From NCBI GenBank assembly GCA_964016885.1, contig OZ024740.1, positions 75,082,001-75,146,000 on the forward strand: a stretch of 64,000 nucleotides of DNA. Direction: 5' to 3'. Positions 54,098 to 64,000 of this stretch are shown one piece after another. The translations under genes and the position numbers were made by a program. The stretch is from Eledone cirrhosa (Eukaryota). Each line of letters begins with the position of its first letter. Within the stretch, counting starts at the first letter, position 1. The notes beneath the pieces are model-generated. The model worked only from the letters and a program-made list of their open reading frames with translations. It was not told the DNA's origin and did not search any database.

Positions 54098-57000
54098 ATG
54101 GCTATGCTGAGAGTACGTTGTCTAAATGCGCGTGGCCTGGGCTCAACTTGGAAGCAAGCAATGCTTCTAAATGACCTCAGGGCACAAGGTATAGATGTTA
54201 TGGTTATTTGCGAGGCCCGGATCAGCAACGTGCGACGGCTGGCCCCCACCTTTGGAATGCACGCATCGCTCTGTCAGCCCAGAGGTGGGAGTGGGGTTGT
54301 CGTTCTGCTGCAAAAACATCTGGGTCTCGCAATACAGACGTTACATTTGGACCCGGAGGGTCGACTAGTGGTTCTGGACCTTGGCAGTGGTAAAGGCGGA
54401 GCGTTTAGGTTGGTAGCCGTCTACGGCCCTTTCGGGTCAATGCGGCCGGACTTCTTCCATCGTCTGGAGACTTCTCTAGGGACGTCCCGCTCCTTGCTAT
54501 TAGTGGGGGACTGGAATGGTATCCTAGATGGACGTTGGGACTACGTAGGGGCCTGTCCCGATAGAGAGGGGTGTAACAGCCTCGAAGGGTTAATCGGCCG
54601 ATTTGACATGGCCAATGGATATCGACTAGATTTTCCGACTGCGCCAACCTGGACTTGGGCAAATCGTAGCGGATCATCTAGGTCGTACCTAGATAGGTTC
54701 TTAGTTAGAAATAAGGATTAGGACTTTTTAAGTTGTCCAGAAATGCTCATGGTTGGCTATTCAGACCACAAGTTAGTGACCTGCATGGTCAACCTTGACA
54801 GAACGCATAGACAGGGACCCGGTTACTGGAAGCTCAACTTGTCCTTACCGGCAAGTAAGGCTTACAAGTACCGGATTAGCACTTTATTTAAGGAGCGGTC
54901 GTCAACAGCAGGTGGTGGTGATCTCTCAAAAGAGAGATTAGAGTAGTCTCTATAGAATTTAGTAAGGAGTTAGCCTCAAATAGAAATAGGAAGGAAAAGG
55001 AGTTGGTAGATAGTGTAGAAGAGGCAATTAGAAGCGGCGACGTGGCCAGAGTGCTAGCGTCGAGAACGGCCCTGAGCCAGTTCTTCGACGCGAAACACGA
55101 AGGCTGCATCGTCCGAAGCAAAATACGTGCTCTGGGAAACAAGGGAACCAAAGCTGTTAGCTGGCCCGCGTGACAGAAGCCAAAAGAGGGAGTAGATCCA
55201 CTATCCGGTCTTTGCGAGGCCAGGATGGACGGGTGATCCTTGAACCTAAGCAGATGTGCGAGGCTTTTCAAAAGCACTTTGCGAGATTGTTCGGAAGTCC
55301 TGCGAGGAGCCGATTTCAGCCGCTGAGATAGAGAACGTGCTGAGCCAATGCGGCAAATGCAAATCCCCGGGTCTCGATGGTCTTCCATACGAACTATATC
55401 TAGCTATGCCGGACTTGTTCCCCGATCTCCTCGAGGCAGTCTACTGCAACTGGCAACAGAACGGGAGAATTCCCTGTGCTGTGACCAAGGGCGTAGTCAC
55501 GCTACTGAGGAAGGACGAGAACAAGGGGGACGATATAAGTAATTTCAGGCCCATAACTCTGCTAAATACAGAGTTACAGATTTTAGCCAAGGTGCTAGCA
55601 AAGAGGTTGGCGCTTGTCGAGGGCAACCTGGTGGGCAACCAGGTCCAACCTGGTGGACAACCTCCACCTCATGCGATACATCATAGAGAGGGTTAGGAAC
55701 GAACCCGGCTTTGGTGGGGCCCTGATCAACTTGGATCAATCTAAGGCGTTCGATAGGGTCGACCATGGTTACCTGGATGCGGTGCTAGCGGCGGCAGGCT
55801 TCGGACCCGTTTTCAGGAGCTGGATCACTGCCAAGCACAGCAGCCGCATCTGCTCTAGAGTCAAGGTGAACGGCTACTTCTCGGAGCCGTTCGAAATCGC
55901 GCGGTCCATCCGACAAGGGGGCCCTCTCTCCCCCCTTCTGTATGTAATGACTCTAGATCCACTGCTGCGGAAGTTGGAGTTGTTGCAGGGCATCCCGTTA
56001 GAACCGGGATTGCGGAAAGCGGTGTCGGCCTACGCCGATGACGTAACAGTAATTGTGTCGACGGCCTAGGAAATCGGGGCGATCGGCACCTTACTGGAAG
56101 AGTACCCAAGGTTTACAGGGGCTAAGCTGAACCGGGACAAGTCGATCGGTTTGCAACTCGGCACGTGGAGGGGAAAATCGATGCCCTCCGATGGCGTCGT
56201 CGGGCGTTGGACAGAGGGCCCGGTGAAGTTGCTCGGGGTCTGGTTCGGACTAGACCTCCAGGTGGAGAAGAACTGGAGTGAGGTAACGAAGCAGGGTGTT
56301 TGCACTGACCCAGAAGTGGGCCGCGTGCAAACTGTCCCTGAAAGGTCGGGCTGAGGTGGCGAACACTTATATAGCGTCCGTCATCTACTACCGCCTGACC
56401 GTCGTGCCTTGCCCAAGGGAAACGCTCGCGAAAATGGAGCGCGCACTCTTCCAATTCCTTTGGAAGAAGCGGGCTCCTATGGTGAGGAGATCCATCTGCT
56501 GTCAACACCCTTCGAAAGGAGGGCTGGGGATGCCGTGGCTGATGATGCGTAAACACACATTAAGGCTATGGCACCTCCAGGTATTCCTCACCGGTCAACC
56601 GGTGTGGGCCTCGTTTGTGAGGCGAGCCTTTCCCAGACTCGTCTCGCTCACCGAGCTGCAATCCTGGGTCAAGCAAAGACCGAGAAAACTGGGCGCCTGG
56701 AACACCGAGTGTACCCAGGCGCTCGCGGCTCTCTGGCAGGCGGACCCAGCTGTCAGTGGAGACTCCACCGCAACATTCTATAGAGGGCTGGTACGCAGAA
56801 GGTGCGACGACGCCCTCGGAGAAGCCCTAGGCATGGAGGAAAACGAATTGGCCAACCTGTTCGGTAGGACATTCAGCCCGGGACCTATGGATAACTTCCA
56901 GAGGTCCCTGGCAGTGTTACCGAGGGGCTCTGCCCGTTCGAGAAAGGCTCTACAGACACGGGCGCCCTGGTAGGGATCCCTCGAAAAAGATCTGTCCCAG

Positions 57001-57409
57001 ATGCGTGTGCGACGAGGAAACTGTTGCACACGCATTGGTACACTGCTCGGGCATTGCCGAGCTGTGGGGCTATGTCGAACGACTGCTGTCACGGGTGGGA
57101 CCAATCCGGTTGACCACCGAGTCTATTGTAACGACCAAGCCGCCTCCCCTCTTCAAAAACGAAGGTGAGGCGGTGTTTCTGTGCGTAATAGCCATGGTGA
57201 AAGAGGTTGTATGGAGGACGCGTCTGAAAGGACTGAGGTCAGACACCTTTCTCTCTGGCCAACAATTGGTCCGTTTCTTCCGATATCATTTCGGAAGAAG
57301 GATCAGGATGGAGAGAGAGGTGCTGCACCCCAGCCGTTTTTATGAAAGATGGGTGAAAGTGGCGAGAATGGTCCGTGTGAATGGGCCTTCACTCTACACC
57401 AGACTGTAG
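54098..57409 (+). pseudogene. Tx1-type ORF2: APE endonuclease, reverse transcriptase and C-terminal zinc finger (disrupted)
   Basis: Motifs CLNARGL, VGDWN, SYLDRF, SDH, WKLN, KSPGLDGLPYE, NFRPITLLN, LDQSKAFDRVDH, RQGGPLSPLLY, AYADDVT, KLLGV, GGLG and CDEETVAHALVHC. Confidence 0.93.
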
Positions 57410-57726
57410 GTGAGAAAGATGAAAGATCAAGGGAGAACATTCTCTCTGTGCTCCTGAGGAGAAGGGTTGCACACTTTTTTCGGGGCTGTGTGCGACCCCC
57501 CAAGGCGCCTCCTCCTTATTGAGGATTTTGTTTTTCAATTTATTTTTGTTATATTTTATATTTTTATATTTTTATATTTTGTTATTGCCTCCTCCTTATT
57601 GAGGACGCCTTTTTATGTAAACTCTCCTCGCATTGTACTTATCCCACGTCCCATTCTTTGATGCCCTGGTGGCAAATAAAAAGAAAGTTATCTATCTATC
57701 TATCTAGCTATCTAGCTAGCTAGCTA

Positions 57727-57787
<61 letters not shown>

Positions 57788-59539
57788 GTATATGTGTGTG
57801 TGTACAGAGGAACAGAGAACATTGTAATAGTTGTTTGATCTAAACGGCTGTAGTCCAGTAGTTATAGAATAAGTGAGGAGAGCGAAAGCTTGCCAAACTT
57901 TTATGTGAGCCAAATCCATAACTGTAGACAGTATTCCGAACGACCATCACGAGCATCAAAGTGTCTGTTAGTTACTATTAGATTCTCTAGTCCAATGGGA
58001 TTGTGTGAAGAAAAATAATAATACAAACTGTTATAAAAAACAACGTATCTTTTATATCCTAACTAATCAAGAAAGACAAATTTAATGAAACAACTGATGT
58101 CGCATATCAGGAAATGTTCATTAATATAGAAAGTTATTGGAGAAATAATATATGTATAACCATCGATTTTAAGACTGTTCTTCTATATTTATACTAGTTG
58201 GACGAACATTGGTGCTTATACTGCATCCATTAGGCGTTAAGTGACAGGTTCATCATAGGGCTAAGTGATAGCTGTTGTTGGAACACAAAGGGTTCCCCTG
58301 TCTTGAATTAAACTCATGACATTATAATTGCGACCCCAATACCCTAAAAGCTATGGCCTAAGAGAACATCGATTCCTTTTACATCTACTTTAAGGAAGAA
58401 AGACAAGATTAATGGACGCTTTGTACCAGAAAGGGCTTGTTGATATATAGAGCCATGAGGCAGTGAAATATGTTACAATGTGCTTAAGTAGTAACCTTGA
58501 AATGGTACGATTCATATTCATTCAATCTTTAGGTGGATAATTATGGGATAATATAAAATAACGTGATTCAACCTGAATCGTGCTCTATGAACTTTAAGTA
58601 TGTTTACAATGAACGAACTGTTTCCAAAATGTTGAAGCAGATATGAAAGCCACTCATACATAGTTATACACTTTCATTAACATTTATATATATACATACA
58701 TAATACATACATAATACATACATACACACATACACGCACACACGCACGCACACACACACGCACACACCCACACCTACCCACCAATATATATATGCAAATA
58801 CTCTGAAACGAGCAGCAATCGTTTTTAATCTAAACACAGTTTTCTTTATATTGTTGGGTGAATAGGTGGGACTTGACTTATGTATAATAGCCTACTGTGT
58901 AGTAATACTACTACTGCTGCCAGCGATAGCTGATATCACCTGATAATGAAGTATTGTCAGCACAGACAACTGACAGTGCTGATCCTTTCCAAAATGTTTA
59001 TATAAAAAGGCTGAAACTAGCAGTGGCTGTATTGATGATGACAATGATTAGTGGTGGTGAGTGGTGCTGGTGGTGGTGGTAGTGGTGTTTCGTCGTCGTA
59101 GGAAATGGGCGATTATGTTTATGATCATTGGTTTGGTGTTGAACTGGCTAATCACTGAATTGTTTTTTTAAACTGTAGATTTTCCGTCGGTATCGACGAC
59201 AAGCGTTCAGTTGTTCCACCAACTAAACGTCATACTCATTAAATGAACTTATACCTTTTAATTCTAGACAGAATCCGTGTATTAAATGTGTGATAACGCA
59301 GGCCATTTTAATAAGAAGTACGGTCCCTCTGATGACCTTCAACACATTTCTGTTTGTTCAGTTGCACTTACAAGACTTGGGTTTATCCGAGGCCATTGTA
59401 AAGCAATTGCAATTGCCCGAGATGCCACACAGTTGAATCGAACTCAGGACCTCATGACTAAGAATCGTACTTCTTAACCACTCAGGTGTGTACTCGCGTC
59501 CCCATTTTAAAAAAATATATTTAAAAAAAATATATAATC

Positions 59540-59850
59540 TTAAGAAAATTTACAAAACAAGGCAAAACGAAGCAAAACAAGGCAAAACGAAAAACAATTT
59601 TTAAAGGGGATATCTTAAAAAATATTAAAAAAAAAAAAAAATACGAACGAAAGACACAAAACATCAGAGTCAACGGCCATTGAGATGGACTCTGGCAGCG
59701 TCGACTCCTACCAACAGTCCTGCTGGCCCACCAGGGGTTACAGCGTTTGATACAAGTCAAAACGCGCCGTCCAATGGAGTAAGAGACGAGGGACAAAACA
59801 TTAATTTATAGCAATTAAGCTATAACAAGTACACATAGAATTTTATGTCA
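59540..59850 (-). mobile_element. Copy of the 8003-8696 family (permuted motif 59665-59780)
   Basis: Minus strand reads gcagg-a-ctgttg-gta-ggagtc-gacg-ctgcca-gagtccatct-caatgg-CCGTTGA. Confidence 0.75.
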
Positions 59851-59859
59851 CGCTCTCTT

Positions 59860-59933
<74 letters not shown>

Positions 59934-59960
59934 TTATATATATATATATATTTTTTTTTT

Positions 59961-60350
59961 TAGTATATCAAAACATTTATTTATATAGTGGGTATTTCCG
60001 CATTTAATAGTGGCACCCGTTTCAGCATTAAACGCTTTTTCAACGGCGGAAGTGCAAAGTGAAGTTACGTTGCATATTCGAATAATAATAAAATGGGGAT
60101 GAAAAATTATTAGTTTTTACATACATATTTAGAGAGGAAAGTTCATATTTCTGTCCGAGGCTATCCTTCGTTCTCTGTTAGTTGGTTAACAGAGGTGGTA
60201 GTAGTTTTAAATTTTTGGTTTTTTGTATAAATATGCAACTTAACTGCACTTTGCATTTCCGCCATTGAAAAAGCATATAATGCTGAAACCGGTACCAGTA
60301 TTAAATGCGGAAATACCCACTATATAAATAAATATTTTAATAGTAAAAAG
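59961..60350. mobile_element. Fold-back element with hammerhead-like motif (U3-A8 type core TTGAAAA)
   Basis: Arms are 59961-60078 and 60230-60345. 60259-60310 reads ccgcca-TTGAAAA-agcat ata atgct-GAAA-ccggtaccag-TA-ttaaatgcgg. Confidence 0.6.
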
Positions 60351-60443
60351 GAAAAAATCCCTCCAGAATTTTTTCCTTTTTACTATTTGTTTATATATAT
60401 ATATATATATGTGCGTGTGTGTGTATATATATATATATATGTG

Positions 60444-60518
<75 letters not shown>

Positions 60519-60985
60519 GGGGAGACAAATATCAATTATGTATGAAATGTGTGCTTCTCAATGGAAATGTGGGCTAAACGTTATTACACCACGCTGTATT
60601 TTGTGTTGGGATAGTTCGTGAATCCTACCAGATATAGACAGGTATTTTGTACTATACTGTATTGCAACTATATTTAATTGATTTATATAATAGATGTATT
60701 TCCTCTGATGATTGATTCGCGTCACCCATAACTTAACCAAATCGGTAGTTGGTGATAGATGATCGATTGCTTAAATCGATTTTAAGTTATGGTTTTCCTC
60801 GAATCAAGAAATGGTTATAAGGAATAGGACATTTTTCCATCTGAAATACTTATTCTTCCTAGATATATGCTTTTTGTGTGTTTACAAAATATTGTGAGTT
60901 CTCACAAGATATATGGTTCTTTCTCACTCTCTCTATATAAATATATCTATAAATGTGAAATATGTATATATATATATATATACAC

Positions 60986-61085
<100 letters not shown>

Positions 61086-61188
61086 GAGACACGCGCGCGC
61101 GTACACATATATACTGGCCAAAACCTATCAAAGTTATCAAAGATAAGTTTTATAACTTATCTTTATATATAATTTAGAACTTAAACTT

Positions 61189-61227
<39 letters not shown>

Positions 61228-61253
61228 CGTTTCTGACGCCCCTCCCAAAGCAT

Positions 61254-61343
<90 letters not shown>

Positions 61344-61347
<4 letters not shown>

Positions 61348-61540
61348 ATAATAATAAACGTGAAGACTAAAATCCGAAGAGGGCTCGATAAGGATAATAT
61401 ATATATCAAATATATAAAAACCATAGAGCAAATATTTATCAAAATAACAGATTAAAGTTTAAGCAAAGAATCGATGCTTTCATCCTTAACGGGATCTTCC
61501 GAAGATCCCGTTAAGGATGAAAGCAACTATTCTTTGCTGT
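61344..61540 (-). mobile_element. Solo terminus of the 4462-6945 PLE family, folded back at the hammerhead core
   Basis: Homologous to 4462-4620. The palindrome tgctttcatccttaacgggatcttc-c-gaagatcccgttaaggatgaaagca is centred at 61500. Confidence 0.8.
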
Positions 61541-61613
61541 TATTTTAATATATATATATATAAGAAGTTTAAGTCAACAGGTTAAAATTAACTTCGTTTA
61601 TTCATAGTTGCTG

Positions 61614-61689
<76 letters not shown>

Positions 61690-61719
61690 CTATATTTATC
61701 TATCCCGCTACCTATCTTT

Positions 61720-61815
61720 CTTATTCATCATTTTTTAAGATTTTATGTAAAACCCCCGCCGTCACGTCTTGTAATGTCCCATTTTTGTACACCCCTGTGG
61801 CAAATAAAGAAAGAT
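61720..61815 (+). mobile_element. Tx1-family 3' UTR fragment followed by (TATC)n
   Basis: ttttatgtaaa..tgtccc..ccctgtggcaaataaagaaag resembles 57610-57688 and 52535-52582. Confidence 0.6.
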
Positions 61816-62699
61816 ATATATCTATCTATCTACCTCTCTTTATATATAGATAATCAACCAATATATTGTTTGTATGTTGGTTGATTATCACCAGGTGATT
61901 ATTAAGTATGTGGTAACAAAATCAGGGAGTAGAAGTGAAGAGGGATGATTGACTCATAATATTGTAAACGAATTATATCCGGGAAACGTTGACAGGTTGC
62001 ATATGAGTTTCAGTATCCGATAACAGTAAGAGTCAGTGAAGCGCGTGCTCACATTAAATGTGGGGCGAAGACAAGATTATACTCCGCAATTAGGCTTGCA
62101 TGCATTTACTTTCATAGTTGAATAGGTTTCCAAAATTCAACAGAAACTTGCCGACGTGGCGATACCAGTTGAAAAACTCTGATCTTGTATTTAAATATTT
62201 TGGTGAGAAAATCCACACACAAACATACAGAAGAACGCACATAATACCCAATCACACACACACATAGATTCTCATACAATACACAAGTATTACATTATAC
62301 ATAATTGTTGTTCTTGGATCTCCGTCGGTTCCGATGACGAGTGTTCCAGTTGTTTGATGAACGGTACAGCCAGCTCCTAAAATTAGTATGCAAGTGGCTG
62401 GAAATTTCAAAGACACTTGTTCCCTTTACGTATTTCTCAGGAAGATTCGTGACATAGAATCAGACATGGTTGAAAATCGAAACCCCTAGGCTACATGTCT
62501 CCATGCGGTATGACATAGGATGACATTGGATTGCAGAAGTGGCAGTTGACAGACAAATAAATTTTTTCTTTTACAAGTTTCAGTTATTTGATTACGGCTA
62601 TGATGGGGCACCACCTTAGAGGGATTCATTCGATCATATCGATGGCAATACTTATATTTATTGTTCTCCTGTTGTTGAAGAGCTAAGTTACGGGATATA

Positions 62700-63700
62700 A
62701 AACACAGATATAAATACACACACGTTGGATCCTTCATTTCCTTGTTTTTCTTCTCAAATTTGTGTCTTCATTTTTTTCTCTTTTACTGGGATAATATCGC
62801 TATTACGATTAAAGTTAGGTTTTCTCGATACTATTACTGCTACTGAATAGATCAAATAATTCAGTTTGTTGATATTCAGGCAGTTTGTTACATCAGCAAT
62901 TCTAATAGGGCCCAGTTTAGAGCTGTTTATTCCTCTGTAATTTGGATAGGTGTTTATATGGATTCTTGTCTATTTGATTTTCGTACTGTTATAGTAAAAC
63001 CCTCAGTGTTATTTCTAGTTGATCTATTATGCTGTGTGTTTTTATTTTTCTTGAGGTTATGCGTGGGATTAAGGATATATTTCTGTGGTGACTCTTTATA
63101 TGGTAATGTGTTTCTAGGGCCTTCATCTATTTGGGTTTTGGTTTTTGTTTGTCTGTGTATGGGCAGTTCTGTAGAATTTACCTTTTGGTTTGGATTCTCA
63201 CTTATTGTATGTGTGGTTACCTCTGTTGTGTTCCTGACTTTTATAGAGTTTTATATGTTTTGTTCTATTCTGCTGTTTTTCTATGTATCATGTTATTTTA
63301 TGGGATAAATGTTTCATGATATTTTCACTGTGTATTCTGTCTATAATTTGTTTATTTCTAATTTTGTTTTTTCTTAAAATACATATGCTTGCTAGTGTGT
63401 TTGGTATAATGATTTTCCTTGCATAGTTGTTCTTTCCCCCATTGAACAAATATATCTTTTATAATGCTTGTGGAGTTTGGATACAGTGCTGATGTGTAGA
63501 ATGCGTTCACTTTTAATTTTGCTTTTCATTTCGGCGTGGATATTAAGAAACGAGCCCGTCTGTTTAGTTTTTAAATAGTCTCTATTTTTATTGTTGAGAA
63601 ATTTGCTTCCGAGTATAGTTGATTTTGAACAAATTTAAAGCAAAGCAACGTATAGCGAATTTTAAATTATTTCGAGATTGTGTCGTTTTGTTTTGTTTTG
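62700..63700 (-). other. Strand-biased, decayed coding-like region, possibly the N-terminal part of a non-LTR retrotransposon
   Basis: The minus strand is A-rich with short protein-like stretches (ALNWALLELL, NKLNYLIYSVAVIVSRK). No diagnostic motif was found. Confidence 0.25.
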
Positions 63701-64000
63701 AGAAGTTCGTATTTTTTTTATCCGTTTTGCTCATGTGGTTTCGTGGCGTGTATGTGTGCGTATGTGTGTATGTGTGAATGTGTATGCATGTGCGTGTTGG
63801 GGGGGGGGGGGGGGTACTCAAGTATGGGAGAGAGGCTATGTGCTGCAGTATTATCCCAGCAATTCGGAGGAGATAGAGACTTGAGAAGTGTGGTAACCTG
63901 TAGAATAGTGTACCAAAAGAAAGAAGGTACAAAACGTGAGTGAGCCCAGAAAAAAGGCCAGCAAAAGGATGTAAATACCCTAGGACGAGGGGCCAAATGC

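Larger units (their letters stand above)
52653..57688 (+). mobile_element. Long Tx1/L1-clade non-LTR retrotransposon (ORF1 and ORF2, frameshifted) in (TATC)n
   Basis: ORF1 carries a CCHC knuckle and ORF2 carries APE, RT and zinc-finger domains. The 3' UTR has aataaa and both ends abut (TATC)n. Confidence 0.93.

Overview
AT-rich, microsatellite-dense eukaryotic DNA with no intact host gene. The SINE families, (TA)n/(CA)n/(GATA)n density and TE repertoire suggest a cephalopod, probably Octopus (inference). Almost all ORFs in the supplied track are microsatellite artefacts. Recognisable coding remnants are all transposon-derived: a Penelope-like element (PLE; RT end plus GIY-YIG, 4462-6945), an RTE LINE with an inverted 5' end (26671-29673), other RTE fragments, a long Tx1/L1-type LINE plus truncated copies in (TATC)n (51657-57688, 61720-61815), two Tc1/mariner remnants, hAT/pogo MITEs and Helitron-type ends. 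The most striking content is non-coding. Many short elements, mostly in or next to (TA)n tracts and arranged as tandem and/or fold-back copies, carry hammerhead ribozyme (HHR) motifs. These include canonical type I HHRs and a U3-A8 core variant in a 316-bp retrozyme-like array (47926-49154). At least three unrelated sequence families (nine loci) carry all hammerhead core elements in a strand order that matches none of types I, II or III (NUH strand, then GAAA strand, then CUGAnGA strand), with compensatory base changes between families. This is the best candidate for an undescribed system. All folds were read by eye; none were computed or tested.
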